Made by a program: the position numbers and the translations under genes | Notes under the pieces: generated by a model | Databases searched by the model: none | What the model saw: only the letters and a program-made list of their open reading frames with translations | What the model was told of the DNA's origin: nothing | In this document: one piece after another, positions 48,782 to 60,688 of the stretch | Numbering within the stretch: the stretch's first letter is position 1 | Layout of the letters: every line of letters starts with the position of its first letter | Source: Spirochaetaceae bacterium | GTDB lineage: Bacteria; Spirochaetota; Spirochaetia; DSM-2461 | Assembly (NCBI GenBank): GCA_965224705.1 | Contig: OZ245056.1 | Span: forward strand, 2,240,001-2,304,000 | Direction: 5' to 3' | DNA length: 64,000 nt

Positions 48782-48940
48782 GGGTTCCTCCTGGATGCAC
48801 TCTTTTCGGTCCCGGCCTGGTTTTTCAATCGCTGCGGCTTAACAATATGCTTATGCAGTTCATCTGTACTTTGATTTTGCCGCTTCGCGATGAAGAAAAA
48901 TCTCTCAGCCGGGTTCTGAAAACAGTTTTTAGAGGTACCC
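48782..48940 (-). mobile_element. MITE family C, 159 bp, with the same internal core as family A
   Basis: Ends GGGTTCCTC and GAGGTACCC flanked by an ATGA direct repeat; minus-strand core GCGGCAAAAtcaAAGTACAGatgaaCTGCATAAGCAT. Confidence 0.7.
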
Positions 48941-48960
48941 ATGATTAATTACTCATTGAT

Positions 48961-48990
48961 TCACCGGGGTTAAAAAACCTCCGGTGATTT
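48961..48990 (+). terminator. hairpin (possible attenuator) before rpoB
   Basis: TCACCGGGGTT-aaaa-AACCTCCGGTGA followed by TTTCGTGTT. Confidence 0.5.
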
Positions 48991-49011
48991 CGTGTTAGAG
49001 GGGATAACAGC

Positions 49012-52000
49012 ATGTTCGAAAGAACTGGAAATGATAGCCGTACATTCATTGGACTGGAGTACGATGATGTCATTGAGCTTCCGGATTTAATAGATGTTCA
49101 AATATCATCGTATGAAAACTTCCTTCAGAAGAAAGTCATGGATTCTGGAGGTGAAGTGCGCTGTCAGGGATTGGAAGAGGTCTTTCAAAGTGTCTTTCCC
49201 ATTGAGAGTTCAAATGGTGAATTAGTGCTTGAGTACAGTCACTACCTGTTTGGATCAAGCACCATTCGGCTGACTGAAACAGAGTGCAGGCATAAGGGTT
49301 TGACTTACAGTGTGCCCATAAAGGCCCAGGTGAACCTTGTATTTCAATCCACTGGCGAGATTCGTCAAAAAGACATTTATATTGGTGACTTGCCCCTGAT
49401 GACGGACAGGGGAACTTTCATCATCAATGGTGCGGAGCGAGTTGTTGTCAGTCAGATCCATCGTTCTCCAGGCGTGATATTCTCCGAAGAGAATGGTGTT
49501 TTCAGTTCCCGCATTATTCCCTATCGGGGATCGTGGCTGGAATTTGAGATTGACAGCCGGAAGGAACTTATCTTCGCCAAGATTGATCGCAAAAAGAAGA
49601 TACTTGGCACGGTCTTTTTACGGGCCCTGGGTTTTGACTCACGAGAAAAAATCATTGACCTCTTCTATCAGAAAAAAACTGTCAGACTTTCTTCCAGAAG
49701 AGAGAAGAACGATCGTTTGGTTGGAGCAATTCTTGCGGAACCTGTCTGGATATCTTTGGAGGATGGTGAGAAGAAAAAACTGTACCGGGCCGCTGAGCTT
49801 CTGCATCATCATGAAATTGATGAATTATTGCAGGCTGGCGTCAAGTCAGTGTCAGTCGTTGATCTGGATCATGAGGATTCCCTGCATTCTGATATGATTC
49901 TCTCGTGTTTCAGTAGGGAAGAAGCCCGTTTCAACAAGGATGACCCCGGTCAGGATGAACTCACCAGGGAAGAGGCACTTTCAGCCGTTTACAAGGTTCT
50001 AATGCCTGGAGAACCCATTACGGTGGAGGCAGCAGAGAAAGATCTTAATACAATGTTTTTTTCCCTCCGCCGATACAGTCTGGGACGTGTCGGCCGATAC
50101 AAGCTGAACAAGAAATTCGATCAGGATGAGAATATTGATGACCTGGTTCTTAACAGTACGGACATGGTCCTGACAATGAAATATCTCATCAGTACGTACA
50201 TCGGTGAGAAACAGGCAGACGACATCGATCATCTGGGCAATCGGCGTGTCCGTTCTGTTGGAGAACTGCTTGTCAATACATTGAAAACCGCATTCAGCCG
50301 AATGGAACGTATTGCCAGGGAGAGAATGAGCCTGAAAGAAACGGAAACTCTTAAGCCGCAGGATCTGGTTTCCATAAAACCTGTGGTTGCGGCCATAAAG
50401 GAGTTTTTTGGTTCCAGTCAGCTATCTCAGTTCATGGATCAGGTGAATCCTCTTGCTGAACTTACCCACAAACGGCGGTTGAATGCTCTGGGTCCTGGAG
50501 GCCTTTCTCGAGACAGGGCTGGTTTTGAGGTTCGGGATGTACACTACAGTCATTATGGGCGAATGTGTCCCATAGAAACTCCGGAAGGACCCAATATAGG
50601 TCTCATCGTTTCATTGGCAAACTACACCCGAATCAATGACTATGGTTTCCTGGAAACCCCATACCGCCGGGTCGTAAACGGCAGAACAACCCGGGAAGTG
50701 GAATATCTTTCAGCCATAGATGAGGAGAAGTTCTTCATAGCCCAGGCCAGTGCCGTCATCGATAAAAATGGTGACTTCAAGGAGAAAATGGTTGCTGTTC
50801 GCCGTAATGGAGATTATACCTTCAAGGAACCCGGGGAAATCTCGTACATGGATGTTTCCCCCCGTCAGATAATATCCACAGCCGCTTCCCTGATACCATT
50901 TCTTGAACATGATGATGCAAACCGGGCGCTGATGGGCTGTAATATGCAGAGGCAGGCGGTCCCCCTCCTGTTTCCTGAAGCTCCCATCGTTGGGACCGGT
51001 ATGGAAGGAAAGGCGGCCTATGATTCCGGAGTTCTGGTTAAAGCCCTGGCTCCCGGTACTGTTACCTATATCTCATCAACCTGCATAAAGATCCAGAGAA
51101 ACGACGGCAGCATTGATGATTACTCTCTGATCAAATATCAGCGGACAAACCAGGATACATGTTTTAACCAGCGGCCGATTATCAGTGTTGGAGATACTGT
51201 GCGGGCAGGCGAAATCCTGGCCGATGGGCCTTCAACTCACAATGGAGAGCTGGCACTGGGCCGCAACCTTCTTGTTGGGTTCATCCCATGGTACGGGTAC
51301 AATTTTGAAGATGCCATTCTTATTTCAGAGAGAGTGGTGAAGGAAGATTATTACACATCCATTCACATAAAAGAGTTTATCGCGGAAGTTCGAGAGACAA
51401 AACTTGGGCCGGAGAAGCTTACCAGGGATATCCCCAACATGGCGGAGAAATCTGTGGAGTCATTAGATGAAGAGGGCATTGTTCGAATTGGTGCGACAGT
51501 GAAGTCAGGGTCCATCCTCGTCGGAAAAGTTACTCCAAAGAGTGAAACCGAAACGACTCCCGAATTCCGTTTGCTTAATTCAATTTTTGGTGAAAAAGCT
51601 CGGGAAGTGAGGGATACATCACTGAGATTGCCTCATGGCGCAGGCGGTACCGTCCTCAATGTTCAGCGGTTAAGAAGAAGTGAAGGGGATAATCTTAATC
51701 CCGGTGTTGATGAGATGGTCAAAGTTCTGATTGTGACCAAGCACAAACTGAAAGAGGGCGATAAAATGGCCGGCCGCCATGGTAATAAAGGCGTTGTAGC
51801 CAAGGTTCTCCCCGAGGAGGACATGCCCTACACAGGTGACGGTACACCACTGGATATCTGCCTTAATCCCCTTGGTGTTCCTTCCAGGATGAATATTGGG
51901 CAGATTATGGAGACGATGCTGGGAATGGCAGGGGCTCAGCTTGGTAAAATGTATGAAACACCTGTTTTTCAATCTTCCTCAACATCTGAAATATCAAGTG

Positions 52001-52503
52001 AGCTTGAGAAAGCAGGCCTGCACAATGCTTCAAAGGCCACTCTGTATGATGGTCTGACTGGAGAGCCCTTTCTTAATCAGGTTTTTGTCGGATACATGTA
52101 TTTTCTTAAACTTCACCATCTGGTGGATGATAAAATGCATGCGCGATCGACAGGCCCTTATTCACTGGTTACGCAGCAGCCCCTGGGCGGTAAGGCTCAA
52201 TTTGGCGGCCAGAGGATGGGTGAGATGGAAGTGTGGGCACTTGAAGCTTACGGGGCTGCAAACACGCTTCAGGAACTGATGACGATTAAGTCCGATGATA
52301 TGACTGGTCGGGCAAAAATATATGAAAGCATAGTGAAGGGATCACCGACAACAACGGTTGGAATCCCGGAATCCTTCAATGTTCTAGTGCAGGAACTCAG
52401 GGGTTTAGCTCTGGATATACGCATTTCCGATTCAAAAGGTAAACAATTGCCATTTACTGAGAGAGATGAAGAATTGCTGAATAGCCAGGGAGGACGGTTC
52501 TAG
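49012..52503 (+). CDS. rpoB: DNA-directed RNA polymerase subunit beta
   Basis: [32 protein letters not shown] and [12 protein letters not shown] motifs. Confidence 0.99.
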   Translation: MFERTGNDSRTFIGLEYDDVIELPDLIDVQISSYENFLQKKVMDSGGEVRCQGLEEVFQSVFPIESSNGELVLEYSHYLFGSSTIRLTETECRHKGLTYSVPIKAQVNLVFQSTGEIRQKDIYIGDLPLMTDRGTFIINGAERVVVSQIHRSPGVIFSEENGVFSSRIIPYRGSWLEFEIDSRKELIFAKIDRKKKILGTVFLRALGFDSREKIIDLFYQKKTVRLSSRREKNDRLVGAILAEPVWISLEDGEKKKLYRAAELLHHHEIDELLQAGVKSVSVVDLDHEDSLHSDMILSCFSREEARFNKDDPGQDELTREEALSAVYKVLMPGEPITVEAAEKDLNTMFFSLRRYSLGRVGRYKLNKKFDQDENIDDLVLNSTDMVLTMKYLISTYIGEKQADDIDHLGNRRVRSVGELLVNTLKTAFSRMERIARERMSLKETETLKPQDLVSIKPVVAAIKEFFGSSQLSQFMDQVNPLAELTHKRRLNALGPGGLSRDRAGFEVRDVHYSHYGRMCPIETPEGPNIGLIVSLANYTRINDYGFLETPYRRVVNGRTTREVEYLSAIDEEKFFIAQASAVIDKNGDFKEKMVAVRRNGDYTFKEPGEISYMDVSPRQIISTAASLIPFLEHDDANRALMGCNMQRQAVPLLFPEAPIVGTGMEGKAAYDSGVLVKALAPGTVTYISSTCIKIQRNDGSIDDYSLIKYQRTNQDTCFNQRPIISVGDTVRAGEILADGPSTHNGELALGRNLLVGFIPWYGYNFEDAILISERVVKEDYYTSIHIKEFIAEVRETKLGPEKLTRDIPNMAEKSVESLDEEGIVRIGATVKSGSILVGKVTPKSETETTPEFRLLNSIFGEKAREVRDTSLRLPHGAGGTVLNVQRLRRSEGDNLNPGVDEMVKVLIVTKHKLKEGDKMAGRHGNKGVVAKVLPEEDMPYTGDGTPLDICLNPLGVPSRMNIGQIMETMLGMAGAQLGKMYETPVFQSSSTSEISSELEKAGLHNASKATLYDGLTGEPFLNQVFVGYMYFLKLHHLVDDKMHARSTGPYSLVTQQPLGGKAQFGGQRMGEMEVWALEAYGAANTLQELMTIKSDDMTGRAKIYESIVKGSPTTTVGIPESFNVLVQELRGLALDIRISDSKGKQLPFTERDEELLNSQGGRF

Positions 52504-52512
52504 GAGGAATTG

Positions 52513-55500
52513 ATGAAAGAAGTCCAGGACTTTGACAACCTGATGATAAAACTGGCCTCCCCGGAGCAGATCCGGGCATGGTCGTACGGTGAAGTAAAAA
52601 AACCGGAGACGATTAATTATCGTACATTGCGTCCTGAAAAAGATGGTCTTTTCTGTGAGCGAATCTTTGGTACAACCAAGGAATGGGAATGCTACTGCGG
52701 TAAATTCAAATCCATTCGTTACAAAGGAGTGATTTGCGATCGGTGCGGCGTTGAAGTGACTCATTTCAAAGTTCGCAGGGAGAGAATGGGTCACATTGAA
52801 CTGGCTTCTCCTGTTTCTCATATCTGGTACTATCTTTCTCTGCCCTCGCGAATAGGATTGTTGCTGGACCTTACTATCGCTTCGTTGAGAAGCATCCTGC
52901 ACTACGAGAAACATGTTGTCATTGAACCGGGAAACACGGAATTAAAAGTCGCACAGCTTCTCACTGAAGACGAGTTGGCTGATGCCCGTGATCGTTTTGG
53001 GATGAGTTTTACAGCTGGTATCGGTGCCGAGGCTGTCCGGACTTTATTGGAAAATCTGGATCTGGATGCGCTGAGTGCTGAACTCAGGGACAACATGGTG
53101 GAGAAAGGGGCAAAGGTTGACAAGCGTTTTCTGAAACGCCTGGAGATAGTCGAGAATTTCCGGGATTCAGGCAACAGGGCTGAGTGGATGATTCTGGATG
53201 TTATTCCTGTTATACCCCCTGAATTACGGCCCATGGTTCAGCTTGACGGTGGTCGATTTGCAACATCCGATCTTAATGATCTCTATCGCCGGGTTATCAA
53301 TAGAAACAACCGGCTGAAGCGTCTGATGGCATTGAATGCGCCTGATATAATCATACGTAATGAAAAACGGATGCTGCAGGAATCTGTTGACGCCCTGTTT
53401 GACAATACAAAGAAGAAAAAAGTCGTTAAGGGTGCAGCCAACAGACCTCTGAAATCTCTTTCCGATCTTCTTAAGGGAAAGCAGGGTCGATTCCGGCAGA
53501 ATCTGCTTGGTAAACGAGTGGATTACTCCGGGCGGTCCGTCATTGTTGTTGGTCCCAGTTTGAAACTTCATCAATGTGGATTGCCTGCGAAAATGGCTCT
53601 GGAGCTTTATAAGCCATTCATCATGAAGAAACTCGTTGAAAAAGATGTTGTCTACAATATTAGAAAAGCCAAATCTCTTGTTGAACAGGAAACTCCCGAG
53701 GTCTGGTCTGTATTGGATGAGGTTGTCAGGGAGCATCCAGTTTTATTGAATCGGGCTCCCACTCTTCATCGGCTGGGTATACAGGCCTTTGAACCTGTAC
53801 TGGTTGAAGGAAAAGCCATACAACTCCATCCACTGGTATGTCATGCTTATAATGCCGACTTTGATGGGGATCAAATGGCCGTGCATGTCCCCCTTACTCA
53901 AGCCGCTCAGATTGAATGCTGGACATTGATGCTGGCAGATACTAATTTATTGAATCCAGCCAATGGCTCTCCCATTGTCTTTCCATCTCAGGATATGGTT
54001 ATGGGACTGTACTTCCTCACCAAGGAAAGGCCAAATGCCAGGGGGGAAGGGCGTTATTTCTGCTCAGTCAATGAAGTAATGATGGCTGGAGAAAGTCGAA
54101 GTGTATCCATGAATGCTCTGGTCCATGTAAGAATTGATGATGAATACTTGCAAACCACTCTGGGACGAGTCATTCTTAACGAGAATCTGCCCCGGGAAAT
54201 ACCCTATGTCAACGAAACTCTGGGTGATAAAGGTATTAGAAAACTTGTCATGAATTCCTTCAAGGATAACGGCAATTACATAACCGTTCACCTGCTGGAT
54301 GCCCTGAAGGACATTGGCTTCAAGTATGCCACGAAAATGGGAACAACAATAGGAATGGACGATATTCTGATACCGGATGAGAAGAAGGGTCTCATAGGTT
54401 CTGCCAATAATGAAGTGGACAGGATCCAAACCCAGTACAGAGATGGACATATTACCACAGAAGAGCGTTATAACCGTGTGGTTGAGGTCTGGAGTAAAAC
54501 CAACGAAGAATTGGCCAATGTGATGATGGATCATCTAAAAAATGATCAGGATGGTTTCAACAATGTGTACATGATGGCCGATTCCGGGGCAAGAGGAAGC
54601 CGTAATCAGATCAGACAGTTGGCTGGTATGCGTGGACTGATGGCCAAACCTTCGGGAGATATTATCGAGCTGCCGATACGATCAAATTTCAAGGAAGGTC
54701 TGTCGGTCATAGAGTTTTTTATATCGACCAATGGTGCCCGGAAAGGTCTTGCTGATACTGCCCTTAAAACTGCTGATGCCGGTTATTTAACTCGACGCCT
54801 GGTCGACATAGCCCAGGATGTTGTGGTGAACATGGACGACTGCGGTACGATCAATGGTATCGATGTCTATGCCCTGAAAGACGGAGAAGAAATCGTTGAA
54901 CCCCTGTCAGACCGCATAACCGGTTGTTTTACATTGGAACAGGTTAATCATCCTATAACCGGGGATGTGCTGGTGGATGTCAATCAGGAAATCACGGACG
55001 ATATCGCAGTCGAAATTGAAAATCTGGGTATTGAAAGTGTTCAGGTAAGAACTGTACTCACCTGTGAAGCACAGCATGGAGTCTGCATGAAATGCTATGG
55101 CCGCAATCTGGCTACGCACCGGCCGGCTGACATAGGTGAATCCGTTGGAATAATTGCGGCTCAGTCAATTGGTCAACCGGGAACACAGCTTACCATGCGG
55201 ACCTTCCATGTCGGAGGAACGGCGAGTACTGTTGCTGAGGAAAATCGGGTTGCAAAGCATTACCTTTTGCTTGTCCGTAAAATTCAGGGCATCTCTGTCT
55301 CCATGCCGGATGGTCAGCTGCTCTTCACACGGAAGGGCTTTCTGACAGTGGCCAGGGTCTTCGAAAGAATCGCAATTAAAGCCAGAGACAAAATACTGAC
55401 TTCCGATGGGGATAAGGTCATAAAGGGTGAAACAGTTCTCAAACGGGGTAAAGAGGTTGTTAAAGCAAAGGTTAATGCCTTTGTTGTTATCGTGGAGAAA

Positions 55501-56793
55501 GAGGTCCTTCTTGTTGCCCAGGATGAAAAAGTGGAAATTCGCAATGGTTCAACGGTCCTGGTACGTGAAGGCGACATTGTTGAGAAAGACGAGTCGCTGG
55601 CCATGTTTGATCCTTTCATCGAACCCATCATTGCAGAAATTGCAGGACAGGTTCAGTTTGAAGACATTCTTCCGGGAACTACCCTGAGGGAAGAAATCAA
55701 TGAGGATACAGGGAATATCGAGAAGAAAATTACCGATGCTTCGATGGAAACTCTTCAGCCAAGGATTAACATAGTAAATGAGAATGGAACAGTTCTTCAG
55801 GAATATCACCTGCCGGATAATTCCTATCTCAGTGTTGAGGATGGTGTGCCCGTAGAAGCCGGCCATACATTGGCCAAGATGCTCAAGGAGTCTCAGAAAA
55901 CCCAGGACATAACCGGTGGACTTCCCCGAGTTGGTGAGCTTTTCGAAGCAAGGCGGCCCAGAAATTCAGCGATACTGGCTAAAATCAGCGGTATCGTTGA
56001 GTTCGAAGGTATAAGCAAGGGAAAGCGTATCATTACTGTAAACGATCCTTTTGGTATGTCGATGAAGCATATGGTTCCTATGGGGCGGCATCTTCTGGTG
56101 AGAAATGGCGACCCGGTTGAAGCGGCCGAGCCCCTCTGTGATGGCCCAAGAGATCCCCATGATATATTGGAGATACAGGGAGAAAATGCCCTGCAGAAGT
56201 TTCTGGTTGATGAAGTTCAGGAAGTCTATCGTATGCAGGGTGTCAATATTAACGACAAGCACATAGGTGTTATCATACGGCAGATGATGAGAAAAGTTGA
56301 GATTCTTGATGTGGGAGATACCAGTTTCATCTTTGGAGAACAGGTTGATAAGTATCAGTTCCGAACTCAGAATGAAAAGGTTACGGGAGAGGGAGGCCAG
56401 CCTGCCATAGCCAAACCGCTACTTCTGGGTATAACCCGTGCATCGCTGAACATCGATAGCTGGATTTCGGCTGCAAGTTTTCAAGAAACCACAAAGGTTT
56501 TGACCAATGCGGCCATCGCAGGCGGCATTGATACATTGAGGGGATTGAAGGAAAACGTCGTTATTGGCCACCTCATTCCGGCAGGGACGGGGATGAAGAG
56601 ATACCGTGAACTCAAGCTGTTTACAAAGGATACGGAAGATCTTGATAAGCATGTGGCCAATCTCCTTGAGCAGAGACGGCAGGAAAGTGAGATTCTATCA
56701 AGGGATGAAACTCTGGATGCTGATATTGAAGATGATGTCGAGAATAATAGCCTTGAATCGGAAGCTGTTTCGAGTTTTGAGGCTGGTGATTAG
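52513..56793 (+). CDS. rpoC: DNA-directed RNA polymerase subunit beta'
   Basis: KPETINYRT, Zn-finger and NADFDGDQM motifs. Confidence 0.99.
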   Translation: MKEVQDFDNLMIKLASPEQIRAWSYGEVKKPETINYRTLRPEKDGLFCERIFGTTKEWECYCGKFKSIRYKGVICDRCGVEVTHFKVRRERMGHIELASPVSHIWYYLSLPSRIGLLLDLTIASLRSILHYEKHVVIEPGNTELKVAQLLTEDELADARDRFGMSFTAGIGAEAVRTLLENLDLDALSAELRDNMVEKGAKVDKRFLKRLEIVENFRDSGNRAEWMILDVIPVIPPELRPMVQLDGGRFATSDLNDLYRRVINRNNRLKRLMALNAPDIIIRNEKRMLQESVDALFDNTKKKKVVKGAANRPLKSLSDLLKGKQGRFRQNLLGKRVDYSGRSVIVVGPSLKLHQCGLPAKMALELYKPFIMKKLVEKDVVYNIRKAKSLVEQETPEVWSVLDEVVREHPVLLNRAPTLHRLGIQAFEPVLVEGKAIQLHPLVCHAYNADFDGDQMAVHVPLTQAAQIECWTLMLADTNLLNPANGSPIVFPSQDMVMGLYFLTKERPNARGEGRYFCSVNEVMMAGESRSVSMNALVHVRIDDEYLQTTLGRVILNENLPREIPYVNETLGDKGIRKLVMNSFKDNGNYITVHLLDALKDIGFKYATKMGTTIGMDDILIPDEKKGLIGSANNEVDRIQTQYRDGHITTEERYNRVVEVWSKTNEELANVMMDHLKNDQDGFNNVYMMADSGARGSRNQIRQLAGMRGLMAKPSGDIIELPIRSNFKEGLSVIEFFISTNGARKGLADTALKTADAGYLTRRLVDIAQDVVVNMDDCGTINGIDVYALKDGEEIVEPLSDRITGCFTLEQVNHPITGDVLVDVNQEITDDIAVEIENLGIESVQVRTVLTCEAQHGVCMKCYGRNLATHRPADIGESVGIIAAQSIGQPGTQLTMRTFHVGGTASTVAEENRVAKHYLLLVRKIQGISVSMPDGQLLFTRKGFLTVARVFERIAIKARDKILTSDGDKVIKGETVLKRGKEVVKAKVNAFVVIVEKEVLLVAQDEKVEIRNGSTVLVREGDIVEKDESLAMFDPFIEPIIAEIAGQVQFEDILPGTTLREEINEDTGNIEKKITDASMETLQPRINIVNENGTVLQEYHLPDNSYLSVEDGVPVEAGHTLAKMLKESQKTQDITGGLPRVGELFEARRPRNSAILAKISGIVEFEGISKGKRIITVNDPFGMSMKHMVPMGRHLLVRNGDPVEAAEPLCDGPRDPHDILEIQGENALQKFLVDEVQEVYRMQGVNINDKHIGVIIRQMMRKVEILDVGDTSFIFGEQVDKYQFRTQNEKVTGEGGQPAIAKPLLLGITRASLNIDSWISAASFQETTKVLTNAAIAGGIDTLRGLKENVVIGHLIPAGTGMKRYRELKLFTKDTEDLDKHVANLLEQRRQESEILSRDETLDADIEDDVENNSLESEAVSSFEAGD

Positions 56794-57119
56794 GAGTCTG
56801 TCGGACTTTAAGACTTCGAGGCGATTTTTGATGATTTTTTTCCGATACAAGGCGGCAAAAGCGGAGCATAGCTGGGCTGCGTGAGCATTTTGGCAACGCG
56901 GTAGCGGGAAAAAAGGGCAAAAACCGAGCCGTGAGACGTAAGTCCGACAGACTCTTAGGAGTCTGTCGGACTTTAAGGCTTCAAGGCGATTTTTGATGAT
57001 TTTTTTCCGATACAGGGCGGCAAAAGCGGAGCATAGCTGGGCTGCGTGAGCATTTTGGCAACGCGGTAGCGGGAAAAAAGGGCAAAAACCGAGCCGTGAG
57101 ACGTAAGTCCGACAGACTC
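56794..57119 (+). mobile_element. tandem pair of MITE family A (56794-56954 and 56959-57119)
   Basis: Two 161-bp copies differing at 3 positions; TIRs GAGTCTGTCGGACTT and AAGTCCGACAGACTC; each is flanked by TTAG. Confidence 0.92.
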
Positions 57120-57141
57120 TTAGAGTAATGTGGTTTTGGTA

Positions 57142-57170
57142 TTGACTTTTTCATAGTCTATCCCTATTAA
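57142..57170 (+). promoter_or_regulatory. putative rpsL promoter
   Basis: TTGACT-17 bp-TATTAA. Confidence 0.55.
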
Positions 57171-57226
57171 TATAAATTCGCATGGAAGGAAGAGCCTTAT
57201 AAGGCCAGACAGGAGTTGAAATCCAG

Positions 57227-57601
57227 ATGCCGACAATCAATCAACTAGTGAGAAAAGGACGCAAGTCAATATTGAAGAAGTCGAACTCACCAGCATTGCA
57301 ATACTGCCCGCAAAAGAGGGGCGTTTGCACAAAGGTTATGACCATTACGCCCAAGAAGCCGAATTCGGCTTTGCGCAAGGTAGCTCGTGTACGCCTGACA
57401 AACGGAATTGAAGTAACAGCTTACATCCCTGGAGTTGGCCATACATTGCAGGACCATTCAGTTGTTATCATTCGCGGAGGCAGAGTGAAGGATCTGCCAG
57501 GTGTCCGTTATCACATTGTACGGGGTATCAAGGATCTTGAAGGGGTTGCCGCAAGGAAACAGGCCCGTTCAAAATACGGAGCAAAGAAACCTAAAGTATA
57601 A
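57227..57601 (+). CDS. rpsL: 30S ribosomal protein S12
   Basis: [18 protein letters not shown] and [10 protein letters not shown] motifs. Confidence 0.98.
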   Translation: MPTINQLVRKGRKSILKKSNSPALQYCPQKRGVCTKVMTITPKKPNSALRKVARVRLTNGIEVTAYIPGVGHTLQDHSVVIIRGGRVKDLPGVRYHIVRGIKDLEGVAARKQARSKYGAKKPKV

Positions 57602-57610
57602 GGAATAATT

Positions 57611-58081
57611 ATGCCAAGAAGAAGAGAAACACCAGTTCGGCCCATTGATCCGGATCCGCGTTACAGCAGTCGAGTCGTTGCCAAGTTTGTTAACCGCATG
57701 ATGCTCAGAGGTAAGAAGTCTACTTCGTATGGAAATGTTTACGGTGCCCTGGACATAGTTGTAAAGAAATCCGGCAAGGATGCCCTTGAAGTGTTTCTTC
57801 AGGCTGTTGACAATGTTAAGCCCATGGTTGAAGTTAAATCTCGACGTGTTGGAGGGGCGACATATCAGGTTCCTGTTGAGGTTCATGATGCCCGAAAGGA
57901 AGCTCTGGCCATGCGCTGGATTATCAATGCCGCACGTGCCCGCAGTGGCCGGAGTATGCGCGAGAAACTGAGCGCGGAACTTCTGGATGCCTTTAATTCC
58001 ACAGGTGTGGCATTTAAGAAGAAGGAAGATACACACAGGATGGCGGAGGCGAATAAAGCATTCAGTAATTTTAAATGGTAG
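57611..58081 (+). CDS. rpsG: 30S ribosomal protein S7
   Basis: [12 protein letters not shown] and [10 protein letters not shown] motifs. Confidence 0.98.
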   Translation: MPRRRETPVRPIDPDPRYSSRVVAKFVNRMMLRGKKSTSYGNVYGALDIVVKKSGKDALEVFLQAVDNVKPMVEVKSRRVGGATYQVPVEVHDARKEALAMRWIINAARARSGRSMREKLSAELLDAFNSTGVAFKKKEDTHRMAEANKAFSNFKW

Positions 58082-58084
58082 AGC

Positions 58085-58113
58085 TTGAACGATATTCTTC
58101 ACTCTGATATAAT
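58085..58113 (+). promoter_or_regulatory. sigma70 promoter upstream of tuf
   Basis: TTGAAC-17 bp-TATAAT with an extended -10 TG. Confidence 0.7.
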
Positions 58114-58116
58114 AAA

Positions 58117-58477
58117 TCTCCCATGTGGTAATTGATCTGTATGGGAGATAATTAAGGGTTGATGCCCCTTAATTAAAACCTCGCGGACAGCCTGCTTCCT
58201 GAGATATGGGATGCCAGGCCGCTTTCGAACGAGGATGATCCTTCCACACGGATCTGCGGAACAATCAAGCCTGTTGGTTTTGGGCAGTGCCGCAGATGTA
58301 TCTGGTGGTAAGTTTTTGTTCCTCTTCAAGACCCATCCTGTCATGGGTCTGTCGTTCGCATGCAGCAGCCGCATTGTATATGATGGAATAGTCCTGTATG
58401 ATCATTCTGTCAGAAGATATGGGCAGCCTCACTTAAGGGCTGCTGTTATATTTCCCAAATGGCCGCAGGAGGATTTT
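58117..58477 (+). ncRNA. candidate structured leader RNA of tuf
   Basis: At least six adjacent stem-loops between the promoter and the tuf RBS; no recognised family. Confidence 0.4.
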
Positions 58478-59665
58478 ATGGCTAAGGAAAAATTTACAAG
58501 GTCGAAACCGCATATCAATGTCGGTACTATCGGTCACGTTGATCATGGTAAAACCACGCTGACGGCTGCTATAACAATGTATAGTGCAGCGAAAATGGGC
58601 GGAAAGGTTATGAGTTATGAAGATATTGATAACGCTCCAGAGGAAAGAGAGCGTGGTATTACCATTAATACCCGGCATGTCGAGTATGAAACAGAGAATC
58701 GACATTATGCACATGTGGATTGCCCGGGACATGCAGACTACATTAAGAATATGATTACTGGAGCGGCACAGATGGATGGTGCCGTTCTGCTGGTTGCTGC
58801 TGATTCCGGGCCTGAACCACAGACCCGGGAGCATATCGTGCTTGCCCGTCAGGTTGGTGTGCCCAAGTTGATCGTTTACATGAATAAGATGGATCTGGCT
58901 GATCTCGAATTAGTTGACCTTGTGGAAATGGAAATTCAGGAACTGCTGACAGAGTATGGTTTTCCGGGAGAAGAAACTCCCATCATAAAGGGCAGTGCGT
59001 TTGAGGCGATGTCCAATATTGAGGATCCGGAAAAGACCAGATCCATTCAGGAGCTTTTAAAAGCCATGGATGAATATTTTCCGATTCCGGAAAGAGCCGT
59101 GGATAAGCCGTTTCTTATGCCGATTGAAGATGTCTTTTCCATTCAGGGCCGGGGAACTGTTGTTACTGGCCGTATCGAAGGCGGTGTTGTTCGTGTCGGG
59201 GATGAGCTTGAGATTGTCGGTATTAAGGAAACCACGAAAACAACCTGTACAGGCGTTGAAATGTTTAACAAACTGCTGGATGATGGACAGGCTGGAGATA
59301 ACATCGGTGCTCTGCTCAGGGGAATTGATAAGAAGGCTGTTGAGCGTGGTCAGGTTCTGGCCAAACCCGGTTCCATCAGTCCTCACATGAAGTTCAGAGC
59401 AGCTATTTACTGTTTGACCAAGGATGAAGGTGGACGTCACAATCCATTCTTCAGCGGATATCGTCCGCAATTCTATTTCAGAACAACTGATATCACTGGA
59501 ACGGTGACGCTTCCAGATGATAGGAAGATGATAATGCCTGGCGATAATACTGAGATTACTGTTGAACTTATTCATCCAATTGCCATGGATCCGGGGCTGC
59601 GTTTTGCGATACGGGAAGGCGGCCGCACAGTTGCTTCCGGTCAGGTAACCGAGGTTATTGAATAG
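58478..59665 (+). CDS. tuf: elongation factor Tu
   Basis: MAKEKF start after [23 protein letters not shown] and NKMD motifs. Confidence 0.98.
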   Translation: MAKEKFTRSKPHINVGTIGHVDHGKTTLTAAITMYSAAKMGGKVMSYEDIDNAPEERERGITINTRHVEYETENRHYAHVDCPGHADYIKNMITGAAQMDGAVLLVAADSGPEPQTREHIVLARQVGVPKLIVYMNKMDLADLELVDLVEMEIQELLTEYGFPGEETPIIKGSAFEAMSNIEDPEKTRSIQELLKAMDEYFPIPERAVDKPFLMPIEDVFSIQGRGTVVTGRIEGGVVRVGDELEIVGIKETTKTTCTGVEMFNKLLDDGQAGDNIGALLRGIDKKAVERGQVLAKPGSISPHMKFRAAIYCLTKDEGGRHNPFFSGYRPQFYFRTTDITGTVTLPDDRKMIMPGDNTEITVELIHPIAMDPGLRFAIREGGRTVASGQVTEVIE

Positions 59666-59725
59666 AATCAGTTCATCACGTATGTAGCCTCACCCTGCTG
59701 TGGTGAGATGCAGTAGGAGAAAGGT

Positions 59726-60028
59726 ATGGAAAAAATACGTGTTCGTTTGAGGGGATTCGATGTTGAATTGATTGAACAGAGTGCGCGCTCCATTGTGGAT
59801 ACAGTGCAGAAGCAGGGAACGAAGGTGTCAGGGCCGGTTCCCCTGCCAACGAAGATCAATAAATACACGGTACTCAAATCGCCATTTGTTAACAAAAAAT
59901 CTCGGGAACAATTTGAGATGCGTACCCATAAGAGACTGATTGATATCCTGGAGCCCACTCCTGCTGTTATGGAATCTCTCATGAAGCTTGAGTTGCCTGC
60001 TGGTGTAGATGTTGAAATCAAGCAGTAG
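59726..60028 (+). CDS. rpsJ: 30S ribosomal protein S10
   Basis: GPVPLPT and [14 protein letters not shown] motifs. Confidence 0.98.
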   Translation: MEKIRVRLRGFDVELIEQSARSIVDTVQKQGTKVSGPVPLPTKINKYTVLKSPFVNKKSREQFEMRTHKRLIDILEPTPAVMESLMKLELPAGVDVEIKQ

Positions 60029-60047
60029 AATTTGAAGGGGCAGGAAA

Positions 60048-60677
60048 ATGGTTGGATTGATTGGTAAGAAAATTGGGATGACTCAAATATTTGATGCTGA
60101 TGGTGACTTGACTCCTGTTACCGTTATAGAAGTAGATCCCAATGTTGTGATTGACAGCCGGAACATGGAAAAACACGGCTACAACTCTGTCGTGTTAGGT
60201 GCCGTTGAACAGAAGTCTTCCCGGCTCACAAAGCCCGTGGCCGGCCAGTTCAAGAGGGGGGGGGAAGTAATTCCGCGGAAGTATGTTGTTGAGATTCGGG
60301 ATTTCAGCAGGGAATGCTCTGTTGGAGATTCTGTAGGCGTGGATATTTTCAATGACTTTCGCTTCGTCGATGTCATGGGCACGTCAAAGGGCAAGGGTTT
60401 CCAGGGTGTGATGAAGCGGTATAACTTTGGTGGTGGACGGGCCTCTCATGGTTCAAAGTTTCACCGTGCCAATGGATCAACCGGTATGGCTGCCTGGCCT
60501 TCCAAGGTTATTCGTGGAACGAAAATGCCTGGCCGTATGGGGGGAGGGTCCCACACCGTACAGAATCTTCGAATTGTCAGGATTGATGCCCGGAAGAATC
60601 TAATGCTGCTTAAAGGTGCCGTCCCCGGCAGCAGGAACAGTATGGTCGTTGTTCGGCAGGCTGGCAAGCGGAAATAG
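60048..60677 (+). CDS. rplC: 50S ribosomal protein L3
   Basis: GKKIGMTQ and [12 protein letters not shown] motifs. Confidence 0.98.
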   Translation: MVGLIGKKIGMTQIFDADGDLTPVTVIEVDPNVVIDSRNMEKHGYNSVVLGAVEQKSSRLTKPVAGQFKRGGEVIPRKYVVEIRDFSRECSVGDSVGVDIFNDFRFVDVMGTSKGKGFQGVMKRYNFGGGRASHGSKFHRANGSTGMAAWPSKVIRGTKMPGRMGGGSHTVQNLRIVRIDARKNLMLLKGAVPGSRNSMVVVRQAGKRK

Positions 60678-60688
60678 GAGAAGCAGCA

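Noticed and set aside
56794..57119. CRISPR array or group II intron domain V (GAGCCGTG) interpretation of the tandem repeat
   Set aside because: The units are 161 bp with TIRs and no spacers or cas genes; the domain V hairpin partner is absent.
58211..58477. 89-aa N-terminal extension of EF-Tu in the ORF track
   Set aside because: The canonical MAKEKF start with an AGGAGG RBS is at 58478; the upstream ATG lies inside hairpins with no good RBS.
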